Shown: positions 42,925 through 55,942, numbered from the whole stretch's first letter. The stretch is DNA of 62,123 nucleotides, filler included, from Vannella sp. (GCA_023345925.1; 6 parts of 6 records of this genome joined end to end with filler, not necessarily neighbours in it), one strand, 5' to 3'. Made by a program: numbers and translations. The notes: a model not told the origin generated them from the sequence alone.

Positions 42925-45900
42925 ATGCACTTGCGGCCTCTTCTCTTCCTTGCGTTGGCTCTCTTTGTTGCTGGTCTCCTTCCTCAGTACCAGAAGGACT
43001 CCCTTTCTGCCCTCTTCAACGCGACTAGTGGTGCTTTCTGGCTTGTTTCCGCCAACTGGAACTTCTCCACGGACCCTTGTGCTGCTGGATGGTTCGGTAT
43101 TTCTTGCGATCCTACCGAAGGGAACGTAACAAGCCTTTACCTCAGCTACAATAACTTGACTGGGTCGCTTCCGGATCTTCAACTTCCAGCGCTCACAGAA
43201 CTGTACGGAGAAGTTCTCATCCCCCTTTCTCCTGAAGGATACTCATCGTTTTGTTCCAGGGTTTTAAACGGCAATTACATCAGTGGAACTCTTCCAGAAT
43301 GGTCCCATCTGACGAACCTGGAGTTCTTGTGAGTATCTTCACCCCCGAAAGGAAAGAGGGTCCCATTGTCTTGGCAATGAGCTACAAAATGGGACTTCTC
43401 ATTGATGAGCTTGCAGAACGCTGGACTACAACCAGATCAGCGGAACTCTTCCAGAATGGCCCAATCTGAAGAAGCTGATGTCCATGTGAGTACTTTCACA
43501 CCATTGTCTTTTGGAAATGAGCCACAAGCATAGGACTCTTCATTAATGGGCTAGCAGGTCCTTAAATAACAACGTTATCAGCGGAAATCTTCCAGAATGG
43601 TCCAATCTGAAGAACCTGCAGTTCATGTGAGTAATGTAAATGGGGAAGACTTGATAGTGTGATGAAGCCCTGCCAAACTTGGGAGGGATGTCACTCAATG
43701 ATTGCTTGCAGGATATTGTCCCAAAAAATGATAAGCGGAACTCTTCCAAAATGGTCCAATCTAACTAAGCTTCTGGAAATGTGAGTACTTTCACACCTGC
43801 AAAGGAAAGGGCTCTCTGCCTATTGGAAATGAGCCACAAACATGGGACATCTCATTGATGGGCTTGCAGGTACTTGGCAAACAACCAGATCAGCGGACCT
43901 ATTCCAGAATGGCCTAATCTGAGGAAAATCAAGGTGTTGTGAGTACCTTTAGTCCTCCCCACTCGAATGGGAAGAATCACTTCATCAACCAACTCGGGGC
44001 TCCACTCATCGATCACGTGCAGGTACTTACCGGACAATCAGCTCAGCGGAACTCTTCCATACTGGAGTGGATTGACTCTGGGAGGTTCCACTCTGGGAGG
44101 TTCTGTTATTGCAGGAGCCTCTCTGGGAGGAAGCAATCGCCTTTGTGGGAATCTGCCAGATCCCCGCCAAAGTTCTGGTCCATTGGATCTCTCCAATCAG
44201 GTGTTCAACTGCTCAATCCTTCCCGATGGTTACCAATATAGCTATGCAACATGCAACACTACCACAGGATTCTGCACTACTCCCACAAGTACGCCAACCA
44301 CTACTTCCACTCCGTCCATCTCTTCCAGTCCGAGCTGCACTGCTTCAGTCACTCACAGTGGAAGTGAGACAATGACCAGCTCTCTTCCTTTCAGTGAAAG
44401 TCCCACTTCTTCAGGAACGCCCTCTTCAAGTGGATCGGACTCTCTCTCTTCCAGTGCGAGTTCCACTGGCTCAGAAACGACCTCTCTGAGTGGTAGCACG
44501 TCAAGCTCTCCTTCTCTTACCGCAAGTATAACTTCTTCAGAAGCGCCCTCTCCAAGTGGATCGGACTCTCCCTCTTCCAGTGCCAGTTCCACTGGCTCAG
44601 AGACGACCTCTCTGAGTGGTAGCACGTCAAGCTCTCCTTCGCTTAGTGCAAGTTCAAATTCTTCAGGAACGCCCTCTTCTAGTGGATCGGACTCTCCCTC
44701 TTCTAGTGTCAGTTCCACTGGCTCAGTGACGACCTCTCTGGGCGGTAGCAAGTCAAGCTCTCCTTCTCTTAGTGCAAGTACAACTTCTTCAGGAACGCCC
44801 TCTTCAAGTGGATCGGACTCTCCCAGTTCCACTGGCTCAGTGGCGACCTCTTCGAGCGAAAGCACGCAGAGCTCTCCTTCTCAGAATGCGAGTCCAACTT
44901 CTTCAGAAACGCATTCTGTCAGTGTATCGATCACTCCCTCTTCCAGCCCCACCGACCTGGCGACGTCCTCTTCGAGTGTAACCTTGTCGGCCTTTTCCCT
45001 CTTCAGTGGAAGTCCAACTTCTTCAGGAACACTCTCTCCCAGTGCATCAATTCCTGCCTCTTCCAGTGCGAATCTCACTGGCTCAGTGACTTCCTCTGGG
45101 AGCGAGAGCCTGTCGATCTCTCCCCTTCCCATTGCGAGTCCAGCCTCTTCAGAAACGCCCTCTTGCAGTGAATCTGGCTCTTCCTCTTCCAGTGCGAGTC
45201 CCTCTGGTTCGGTAACTCCTTCTGAGACCATCACTGGAAGTGTTTTGAACTCTCCTTCCTTCAATGCCAGTCTATCTCCCTCCGGATTGCCCTCTTCCGA
45301 TGTCAGTCCCACTGGCTTGGCATCCTTATCTCCGAGCGCATCGAACTCTCTATTTCTCAGGCCAAGTCCTCCTGCTTCGGCTTCGATCGATTCCAGCGAG
45401 ATTGAGCCTAGTTCTTCCTTCAGCTCCACTTCTCCTCCCCTTGAGACAACGACACCAGCGAGTGGCCCTTTGAGCCTCAGTGACAGTCCCAGCACCACGC
45501 TTTCACCTTTTTTGATGGTCAGTGAGGCATCCCCACTTGCCAGTGAATCCATCCTTCCAAGTGAACCTCTTTCCACTGAACAAAGTCAGTCTCAGAACTC
45601 TGAGAGCAACTCTTTATCGATCAGCTCATCTCTCCAGAGGTCCACCACTTCCCCCTTCTTCAACAGTTCTCCTTTGACGGTCTTCTTCCCCTCTAACCTC
45701 ACCTCTACTGGATTAGTGGAGCTTACCGACCCAACAGAGGGCGGAGTGGGATTCCTTTTTGTCCCTCCCAACTTGAGCAACCAAGCCAACACCACTTTGC
45801 TCACTGTCAGTCTCGGAAGTTCCTTGAACAACTCCTCCAACCAGCAAACGCTGGCCAGCACAGTTGTGAACATCACCCTTTTGGACAGCCAAGGAAACTC

Positions 45901-46315
45901 CATCACCCAATTGGACTCTCCTCTGACCATCTGTTTGACCCTTCCCAATAAGACCAAGAAGGGTGAGAGGGTGTGCCTGAGCTACTACGACGAACGCAAA
46001 GACAAATGGAGATGTGAAGATGAATGCCTCACTTCTGTTGCCAGCAAAGGTGTTGAGTCTGAAGGAGAGAATCTATGCGGTGAAACAAATCACCTGACTA
46101 ACTTTGCTCTTTTGCTGACCGGGAGTGAAGGTGAAGATCCTTGCCAGCCTGCCAAAGACAACCCTCTTGTGTGGATCTCTGTTGGAATGGTCGGAGGAGC
46201 CTTACTGGTGGTTGCTCTCTCTATGATGGTCATTGAAGTATATGTCCGCTGGAAACGCTACCAGACGAGCAGAATACTGTCTAGAGCTCTGTCTCGACCG
46301 GTGCCAACAATCTAA
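42925..46315 (+). CDS. LRR-mucin stalk-GPS/GAIN-single TM surface receptor, 7 exons
   Basis: Exons 42925-43202, 43260-43328, 43417-43485, 43558-43626, 43712-43780, 43870-43938, 44023-46315; signal peptide, LRRNT cap (DPCAAGWFGISC), LRRs, Ser/Thr repeats, LCGETNHLTNFALLL, one TM. Confidence 0.9.
44408..45270 (+). repeat. Coding tandem repeat, 126-nt (42-aa) Ser/Thr-rich unit, about seven copies degenerating 3'
   Basis: Units beginning TCTTCAG at 44408, 44534, 44660, 44786, 44900, 45020 and 45146. Confidence 0.9.
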
Positions 46316-47184
46316 TCGTTCCCCAAGGCGCTCCCAACTCGATTTCCTAGTTCCCCGTTCTCTTCAATTAAAAGTGTCGCAGGCATGCTTCCTCAGAGGC
46401 AAGTTAACGTTAACGAGCAGTCAAGCGAGGCAGAAACTGCTCAAGGCTCTGCTTCAAAGAGCCTTTCCCGCTATTGTGGTAAAAGAGACAGGAAATCGTG
46501 TGCCACTCCTTCATTGAAGCCCAAGAGTGAAGGAAGGGTAAAACATGGTTTGGATCGGTCCGGAAGCGATCCGGGCTCGAAAAGTGGGAAGGGTAGCAGA
46601 CCAGGCTTGTCTATTCTTCTTTTCGTTCGGGATTGCGGTTATTGGGAAGATGAACACTCAGCGGCGGAACAGCCAACGCCCCTCTCCGCTTGGCATTGCC
46701 ATTCCCGCTTCTGTGCTTGTGAAGGTTTCCAGGTTTCCGGAAACGGACAGCAGGCTCTTGCGTAAAAGGCTTCTCCGCGGAGGCATTCATGGCAGCTAAT
46801 TGTCCCAAGCAAAGAAAAAATGAGACTCGGCGGAGCTATCCGGAGTTGGATCTCACATTCCTTCATCTAAACGACCAAATCGGCCGCTCCATTACGACGG
46901 CCCCAAATCACCATCTCTTCAGCATCCCATTGATGACTCACACGCAGTCAATGCTATCATGATCAAGAAGATCCAACCAAACAGCGAAAAAAAAAACACC
47001 TGAACCCTAAACCCTTGATCGTGTTCGTTTCTTACTTGAGCCGGAGGCATGAAATCTTGTGAGAGGCTCCAAAGAAAGGGCTGCAAGACAACAGTAAAGG
47101 CTTTTCTATGGGCCCTTTTTCTTTCTGGTTTGGTGCGAAAGACACGAAAACGGGACTCTTGGTGGACTGACCAGCGGGCAGGCG

Positions 47185-50100
47185 ATGGAAGCGCAACTTT
47201 TACAGCTCATCACCCAAACCATGGCCGCAGATAACACCTTGCGGCCACAAGCAGAAGCTCAACTCAACGAGGCCTTGAAGAACACGCCTGATCCCATCCT
47301 GTTGGGCTTGTGCAACCTGGTGAAGAGCAACCAAGTCCCCTATGCGGTATGTTAATGGCTTATCTTCGCTTCTGACACCTAACGTCTGGACAGGAGCGCC
47401 TCTCTTCGCTGATCATTCTCCGCCGATCGGTTGCCTTCAACAAAATCGTCACCACCGCATGGGAGACCATCCAACCGGCCACCAAAGAAGCCATCAAGGT
47501 TCACATGATGAGTCTACTCACCCAGGACTCGCCCCCCGAGCTTCTGAGGCACATCCATGACCTAATTGGCCACGTTGCCACGTCTGTCATGATGGGTACG
47601 CTCTTTCAGCCCTCCCCACAGATCTACACAGACCTAACACCATGAAAGCTGGGCAGTGGCCTGAACTCAGCGCGCTGCTGGGTGACTGGACGCGATCTAC
47701 TTCAAGCGAGCACCGAAAGGCGGCTATCAAGATCTTCACATTCCTACTCCGATCAAAGGTTCCATTAGATGCTTTCCACGCTCAGCTCATCCAAGTGTAC
47801 GATGCAGGACTGCGGGATCCCTCCGTGGATGTGCGAGTTACCACGTTGGAAGGAAGCTTGGACCTCCTCTTCTCTTGCACCGACTTCAAACCGTACTTCC
47901 AGAAGGCTATTCCCCAGGTGTTTGAGGTGAGAGTACTTCTATCCTGCCCCAGGCTTGCCATCTCACCCAACATAGGTGATCACAGGAGCCTTGAGCGCTC
48001 AACAAGTAGAACCCGCTGTTATGAGCTTGGAGTGCCTCATCTCGCTGGTGGAGGTCATTCCCATGATCATCAATGACTGTGTCGACTCTGTTCTAAGCTG
48101 CTGCCTGTCTATTGCCTCCAATCGAGCTGTTCCGGAGAATATCCTTTCCACGTCCCCTTCTGCTCTCCCTCTCCTCCTCATTGACTGTCCCACTCCTTAA
48201 CCAATGTCTTACCAGTGAGACACCTGTCTAACGAACTGATCTTGACCTTAGGAGAGGGCAAACCCACGTTCCTTCGAAAGCGACTCCCCGCTTTGAAGGA
48301 AGTGATCAACCTTCAGCTCTCGATGATGTCTCAGGTGGAGGATAACGAGGACTGGAACCTGGGAGAGGAGTACGACATCGAAGAGGAAGAACGCGAGATC
48401 GGCAGCTGCGCCCTCGACCGCCTGGCCCTGTCCATTCGTGGCCCTGTCGTGGATATCCTCTTCGACGAGAACTACCTCCCAGCTATGCTCAGAAACCCAG
48501 AGTGGCGTGTGCGACACACGGCCTTGCTTGCCATTGGACTGGTTGGTGAGGGCTGCTCCGATCTCTTGAAGAAGAACCTGGACAGTGTCGTCTCCCTGCT
48601 CCTTCCTTCCTTCCAAGACCCGCATGAGCGCGTTCGGTGGGCTGTGTGCAACACAGTGGGGCAAATGGCCACGGACTTCCACTCGGTCCTTCAGAAGCGA
48701 TACCACAAGGAGTTGATCTCTTCCCTCATCCAGGTCATGGATGACCGCTCCAACCCGCGAGTGCAGTCGTACGCAGCAGCTGCTATCATCAACTTTGTGG
48801 AAGACATCAAGCCCAAGTTCATTCTCCCCTACGCTGACCCTCTTCTCAGCAAGCTCGTCGAGTTGATGCAAAGCAACCAAGTGATTGTTGTAGAGCAGGC
48901 CATTACGGCGATGGCTGCTGTAGCAGACTGCCTCCAAGCCAAGTTCACTCCCTATTATGCAGCAATCATGCCCTTGGTCAAGGCCTATGTCATTGGAAGT
49001 GCTCCTGTGGACACCTTGAAGATTAGAGGGAAGGCTATCGAAGCAGTGGGCCTATTAGCAGCAGCAGTGGGTCTTGAAGTTTTCCGTGCCGACTCTCAGG
49101 AGATTATGAGCGTTCTCTTGCAACTGGAGGGATCCAACCTTCCAGCGGAAGACCCGCGGAAACCTCTTCTCCAGCGAGTGTGGGGGCGCTTGTCGAAAGC
49201 ACTTCAACAAGAGTTCGCGCCATATCTGGGGCCCATTCTCCCCTCCATTCTGCTGTCTGCTGGACTCAAGGCTGAGGTGAGACTTCTAACAGACGACGAA
49301 GTGGACGAAGACAAATGGCAGCTTCTTCAACTGGACGCCCAGAACACACTGGGAGTCAATTCATCCGTTGTTCAGGAGAAGGCGTCCGCCATGACACTCC
49401 TGTTTTGGCTCACCTTTGAGCTTAAGGAGCTGTTTTTCCCTCACATTGGGACCATCGCCCCTATTTGCATCGAGGGACTGGCATTCTTCTATAACGAGTC
49501 CGTTCGATCAGCAGCTAGTTCCGTTTTCCCTTGTTTATTGCGTGCTGGTGTGGAGTGCGCTGGCCAAGAGAACCCTGAAGTGCAGGGTTTCGCTCGGCAA
49601 GTTGTCACAGAACTGGTCAAGGCCATTGACAATGAGATCGTTGAAGACGTGACTTTGGTCTTTATGGACAATCTGCAAGAATGTATCGAAGCCGGTGGGA
49701 ACTGCTTGACTGCGACAGAGATGAAGATAGTTGTCGACAGCATGGAAAAGATGGCCCAGTCCTTCATGGAGCAGCGCTCTCTTCACATTCATAACATCCA
49801 AAAGGAAGAGGACTTTGCTGACAAATCCCAGCAGGACCTGGAAAAGCAGCATGAGATCATCACCAAGGTGGCAGAGATTGTCGGAAAAGGACTCGAGACT
49901 CATGGCGAAGCCTTTTTCCCCTTCCTCGCGAACATTACAAGCTTCTTTGGTAATCTTATGGTAAGCTTTTCGCCCCTCCCCTTATCACTTAGAAGTCTCA
50001 CAACTCCCAAAGAGTCTGGATGAGTTCCCTGAAGAGATTCAGGTTTGCGTTTGCTACTTTGATGACCTTGTTGAGTTTGCCTCTGTTCGAGCTGCTCCCG

Positions 50101-50640
50101 TGTACCAGTCCTGGTTGCCTAAAGTCATCTCCTTGGCCACACACGAGTCTCCTGATGTGCGCCAGTCTGTAGCATATGGTATTGGAATTGTGGCGGAGAA
50201 GAACAGAGAGGTTATCGCCCCTGTTCTTGGAGAATCGTGGACGGTATTGAGCCAATTGGCTTCTGCAGAGGATAGCCAAGAGGATGAAAACGCATTGGTC
50301 ACACAGAACGCACTTTCCGCCATGGGAAAGATCCTCCAATTCCACTCTGACACCATTGATGTGGCCTCCCTTCTGCCATCATGGGTGTCGCTCCTCCCTC
50401 CTCCTTTGTTTGTCGCTTCTGATGAAGAGAACTACGAAACCACTGTCATCTACAAACAGCTCTGCCACTTTGCCACTGTATTCCCAATGGCACTCTTAGG
50501 TGAGGGGAACCAACATCTCCCCCTCGTCTTGGCGGTCTTCTTGGATGCCCTTGGAACCTCTCTAGTTGCCGAAGAGACCAATCCAGTCATCTTCCAGATC
50601 ATCAAGAGCATGCAAGAGCAATGCCCGACCGATCAGATGC
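47185..50640 (+). CDS. IPO5: Importin-5/Pse1 (karyopherin beta-3), 3' end truncated
   Basis: ALDRLAL, WRVRHTALLAIG...EGC, DPHERVRWAVCNTVGQMATDF, PRVQSYAAAAIINF; HEAT repeats; several introns. Confidence 0.93.
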
Positions 50641-50740
50641 NNNNNNNNNNNNNNNNNNNNNNNNNNNNNNNNNNNNNNNNNNNNTTAATTAATTAANNNN
50701 NNNNNNNNNNNNNNNNNNNNNNNNNNNNNNNNNNNNNNNN
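50641..50740. other. Artificial contig linker
   Basis: N-TTAATTAATTAA-N. Confidence 0.98.
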
Positions 50741-50770
50741 CAGGATAAATCATTCTGTGGACTCTTTGTG

Positions 50771-51283
50771 ATGCCACCGGCCTTTGACCTTGACGGGTTT
50801 AAGAAGCGATTCAACGTCACAGAGAAAGAGGCTCTGTATCTGACTGAAGATTGCTTAAATGAGCACGCGGAGGCCTTTGCCATCTTCGATGAGGACAAGA
50901 GCGGGAGCATCAACGTGGAGGAAGTGAAGCGGCTCTTGCAGCGCAAGTACACGAACTTGTCTGCAGAGGATGCTTCATTGATGGTCAAGTCGGTTGACGT
51001 GGATAACGACAACGAAGTGTCCTTCGAAGAGTTCGTCCTGATGATGCTCAAAGCACAGGACCCGTCTTCAGAGATCTTGGAAGCCTTCCGAGCCTTTGAC
51101 ACGGACGGCAACGGCTTCATCGAAGCCACAGAGCTTCAGGAGGCTATGAAGAGGGGAGGAGCATCCATCTCCGATGAAGAGGCGAAGACAATGATCGCCC
51201 AGGCGGACTTGGACAAGGACGGGAGAATCTCCTTCCCAGAGTTCCAGGAGATGCTCCGCGCCAAGCTTGAGAAGCATGCATAG
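50771..51283 (+). CDS. Calmodulin-like four EF-hand protein
   Basis: DEDKSGSINVEE, DVDNDNEVSFEE, DTDGNGFIEATE, DLDKDGRISFPE; too divergent for calmodulin proper. Confidence 0.9.
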   Translation: MPPAFDLDGFKKRFNVTEKEALYLTEDCLNEHAEAFAIFDEDKSGSINVEEVKRLLQRKYTNLSAEDASLMVKSVDVDNDNEVSFEEFVLMMLKAQDPSSEILEAFRAFDTDGNGFIEATELQEAMKRGGASISDEEAKTMIAQADLDKDGRISFPEFQEMLRAKLEKHA

Positions 51284-51320
51284 GAAAGAGGCAACACAAT
51301 ACAAGGTTCCCTTTATCCTT

Positions 51321-53291
51321 TCAGAGTCGATTGCGCAGATAGGACATGACGAACTCGCGGTCCTTAGCCAGAAGAGGTCTCGAGGCCGCCAATATGTCAA
51401 AGTTTCCGTTCAACGCACGTGACATGCCTTCTACAACCACCAGACTGGCTACCAGAGAGGAAAAGTTCCCATCAATCTGCACTTGGCAGTCTCGGCACAA
51501 ACGCATCACTCGGAGAAACTCGCGTCCGAAGGGAATCTGAGTGAGTGGCTTCGAAGTGACGTCTTCAAACAGCTCTCTCATATCCCTTTTGAACTTTTCT
51601 ATGATGCCAAAGGAATGAGACATCTCCCAGTGACAGGGAAATAGTGTGAGACTGACTCACCTTGAAGCTCCAAGGTTGGAGCCTTGAATTCTGATCGCTC
51701 AATCATCAGGCGGGCTCCCTTCTTCCCGTTACCAGCAGCAACGCAGCTGAAGAGGTCGATGAAGTTGGTCCGATCTCTCTCATTCATGCGAATGACAAGT
51801 CCAGCATCCAAAATCACAATTTGGGGCTTGTGACTGTCCCCCTTCCTCTCACGGACGAGCACATTACCAGGATGGAGATCAGCATGAACAAAGTTATCCA
51901 ATAGGAGCATCTTCAAGAAGCAGTTGAACCCCAGCGTTGCCAACTCGGCACGGAAAGCGTCGGAAGTGCTCAATCCCGTCCGATTCGTAGCAAAGTACTC
52001 TGACACATGAGTGCCAGCTTCAAAAGTCTCCACTAGCACACTTAAGCTGAGGTCAGCACCTCTTCGATACACCAAAGAGTCAATTGCGAGTGGATTGCCA
52101 ACTTACTCTTCGGTACAAAGGTGCAAGAGCGGCCTGGGGAAGCAGATGTTTGGGAACTTTTCAAAGTTCTCACGGAACTGCAGAAGGTTGCGGCCTTCGT
52201 TGATCATACTCAATTGCTGCTCCATTTGAGAGGCAAAGCCGCACAGATTCTGTTCCACGCTCATCCACTTGAAGCCAGGAACGTACTCTACCTACAAGAA
52301 AGGGTCAGATACACTCTGTGTCATGGGAGAGGGAGTAGTAACCTTACCAGGTTGCCAACAGCTCGGAGAATCCGAAGATCAATTTCCATGTTATCCACCA
52401 CGTTGGGGTGTCGCACTTTGACGACTACCTCTAATGGGACTCCGTTCTCGTTGTATACTGCACGATATACTTGGGCGATGGACCCACTGGCGATGGGAGT
52501 CTCATCGAAGGACGAGAAGATTTCGGGGATCTCTTTGCCGTAGGTCCGCTTCAGAGCCTCTGCTACTGGTCAGACATTTGAAATGAAGACCTCAAGTTCG
52601 TACTCTTTGTGCACCCAAGACTGTGCGTTGGTGCTTGGGTGTGGAGGCTGGAGAGGGATTCGCAGATACTCTCAGGGAACAGATCGGGTCGAGTAGCCCC
52701 ACACTGACCAAGCTTCGTAGAGCAGGCTCCACAAAAGCCCAGGAAGAAGACGAGAGAGCTCCTCCAGCACTAGTGGCCCGGTTGATCAGTGTTGGTGCGA
52801 AGGGAAGGAGAACCCTTACGCGGCGGAAGAGCTCTGGGACGAAGGGCAAGTTGTAGACAAGGACACCCGTTGTCAACAAACCTGCGGCAATGCTTCCGAT
52901 CACCACAGAACGGAGAATCATTCGGATCCTCTTCCATCTGGAGGAGAAACGGTGAATGAAGCTTCAGGATGAAGGAGAAGCCTTACATCCTCATGAAGAA
53001 GCCTTCTTGATCGATCTGTTTCCGAAAGTTATCCACAAATGGAGCGTGGAACACTCGAGGTTCGAAGTTCATCTCGTCCCTTGGCTCCATGGAGAGAAGC
53101 GGGCTCACCAGCACGGGAGAGCTCATTACCAACCTCCTCACCACGGTTCTACCGAGTCCCTTAGAGCTGGGGTGAGATCGAACGATCGAACGAGACACTC
53201 CACGGCACTGAGACACGCCCACATCCACGACTACGCTGCCACCCAGCCGTCCCGCCAGTCGAATCATAAATGGGCTTTTCAAGCACTTCAT
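51321..53291 (-). CDS. ABC1/UbiB atypical kinase (ADCK2-like), probably mitochondrial
   Basis: PIASGSIAQVYRA, VVKVRHP, DNFVHADLHPGN, LDAGL, VVEGMSRAL; multi-exon; start uncertain. Confidence 0.9.
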
Positions 53292-53745
53292 TCATAAAGA
53301 ACGTTTGTTTTGAACATATTCCACTCCAGGCTGCATTTCGAACAAAATCCACGAACTCTTCTGATGTGCTTGCTTCTGCTTCTCCATTGGCCTAAAATGG
53401 ATGCGGAGAACGAATATGACTCATGAGGGAGTCGTCTTGGGGAAGAACTTGCGCGATACGTCTTGTCGCAAGCGAAGAGAGGGCTGTTCTTCTGGGAAGC
53501 AGCCTGGGTCGGCCCAGCGATGTCATCTTGCATCTCAAGCACTTATTTGATGTACATTGATCTCCCTATGGCCTTGGTTCGCCCTCCGTTGAGGAGCAGA
53601 GCGAAAAAGTTCGTCCGTGGACAACCCACCATTCCCGTTGGTATTAGAAATGCAAAGAAGGAGCCATTGGGAATGATATTCCAAATGAAGGTTAAATTAA
53701 AATGCGTAAGAGCCGGCACATGATGGCCATTTCCCTTTCTCGTGG

Positions 53746-55915
53746 ATGGCCTGGCCTGCTTCGTCAGGTAACCGTGTAATGGCGGGTGAAACGGAGGCTG
53801 AGAGAGCTGCAATAATGCAACACATTTCTAGTGGGTTGCTGGGTGTGCTACCCCAGCCTCGAAGCGCGCTGAACACCTCCTTTTCGTCCTTTACTTCTCG
53901 CCTTGGCAGTGCCGCCTCTGCAAGCCCGCTCAGCGATATCGCAGGTGTTCTGTCTTCTCTTGAGAATTCTCCAAGTAAGAACCTGACTCCTTTGCGTTCT
54001 CTCTCCCATCGCACCTCCAAAGAAACGACATCTCCCGACAGATCGCCTCCTCCGCTCCTCACGATACAACACGACCACGACAGATTCACGGACATCTGGT
54101 CACAGATACTTCTTTGTGAGCCAGAAGGCATAAGTTTCTCCATAGCTGAGGAGGTCTTTGAGTTCTCTCATGACGACACGTTGGAGGCCTTCGAAAGAGC
54201 TACCGGTGGTCGGGCGTACCTGTTTACAGAAACAGGAGAGCGAATAATGACACCTAATTGTGATCGCAAACTCGCGGAGGTCCTTGTTCCTGGAAATCTG
54301 TTGGCCTGGTTCTCCAAACCTCCTGCCTCAGCCAACGATTTCACGCACCTCTATTCTCTGACTGGTCGTGCAGAAATTTCCCGTCTTTTGATGGCTCCTG
54401 AATCACTAACGGGTCAGTCTTGCAACTGCTCATTATTGAGTAATTATTACTAACTGGAAGCCTTCAGATGTTGACTGTTGGTTGGACAAGCATCACCTCC
54501 TTCACTGCTGTAATCTCTTCAAGAGAAGCCATTTTTGCTACGACGCGGACTTCTTTGCTCTCGTGTTCCTCACTGAGGTGGCGCTCCGATCCATGGGGCT
54601 CTCCCGTATTGATGTTCAACTGATCTCAGATCAAATCGCAGCGTTGAGGAGGCTGAGTAGCTATGAATGTAAGAAAGAGACCTCCGAGGAAAGTCTATTC
54701 TGAGAATGGATTGTGTAGACTTGGCGACGTACTTTTCCTTGAGAGGATGCACCCGCGAATCCCAAATCATCATGAAAGAGCGAATGACTATGAAGTTCAT
54801 CCAAGAAAACTGGGAAACTCTGAAAACAGGGCTCTTACAGGGGGCCTGCAACAACTTTTGGAAAGCTCTTGAAACCTATGGCTCATTCAGTTCTGTGCAC
54901 GGTATGCAGTCCTCATGTGGAGACTTTTGCTAACTCTGACCAAGAAACCCGCGTTTGGAGCAATTCTCAGAAAATCCAGCCGATTCCTTGTCCATTTTAC
55001 TTACTCGAGGATGCAGAAATCTTTCTTGGATCCTTCTCAAGCCAAAAAAAGGCGAAAACGTTGGCAAAAATAGCTAGCCTCACGAAATCTCCAGTGTACA
55101 ATGCAAAGTGCTTGTGTTACTCGCTTATTGAGTCTCACATGCAAGACTTTGGAGCTCCGCTGGCTGCTGGAAAGTTCATCTTTGTGGAGCGACTGACGAG
55201 TTGCACCGTAAAGGATCTGAAAAATCTCCCCATTGAAAGTGAACAAGTGGACCTCCTTATTGACTTCATTGTCCAGCTGAAAAACAAAATTCTTTCTCAC
55301 AGGGCGATCAAGCTTCTGATCTCTTCCATTGGATATGATCGAGTAAGTCGATGATTCTTGAGAATATTAATCTAACTTCTATCTGCCACAGTTTGGACAC
55401 TTCTCTGATCTCACAATTGATCAAGTACTCCTGCTCAATAAGCACTCTCAGCTCCGCTCTCTTGGGATTGTCAACTCTTCAGAACAGTCTCTCATCTTAG
55501 CTGCTATTCAGGAAGTTCGTTGCCAACTTCCACAAGATAGTGCGTTTCCCTCTCTCTCTTTCAGTGAATCTGATTTGTTGGTCCAGGGCCAGACGCACTA
55601 TGTTGCCCTCTTTACGGAAAGATATTTTCCGTTCCCTGTAGCTCTCAGACTCCCAAGCAGGTTGCAGTTGTAAAGAAGGCACGAAAGAAGAGAAACCGGA
55701 GCCCCTTCAAGACCGGCAAAGCGATTCCCCAAGCACCAGAATCAGAGTCCTTGGCAATCAGCTCTCATTCCACCTCTCCAGAACCACCAAGTACATTAGA
55801 TTCCAGGGACTGCGAAGAGTTGGACCTCTCCCGTAAAGTGGAGGCTTTCCGGCAACAATTAGCCGCTTTCCCAGAGGCAGATAGCGGTTCTTCTCCCATC
55901 TTCTGTGTTGATTAA
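53746..55915 (+). CDS. Hypothetical multi-exon protein with several SAM-like segments
   Basis: Consecutive plus-strand ORFs; segments such as LTEVALRSMGL...LISDQIAAL and LTIDQVLLL...LRSLGI...LILAAIQEV resemble SAM domains. Confidence 0.5.
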
Positions 55916-55942
55916 TCACGCTATTATAAAACAGAATGAGTG

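Noticed and set aside
43260..43938. Regularly spaced repeats resembling a CRISPR array
   Set aside because: Repeats are coding LRR exons bounded by GT-AG introns in a eukaryotic gene; no cas genes.
46925..47010. Possible C/D snoRNA (TGATGA...CTGA)
   Set aside because: Imperfect box C, no terminal stem and no recognisable rRNA guide.
46999..47015. Telomere-like CCCTGAACCCTAAACCCT-type motif
   Set aside because: Only about two imperfect units; chance or a telo-box, not supportable.
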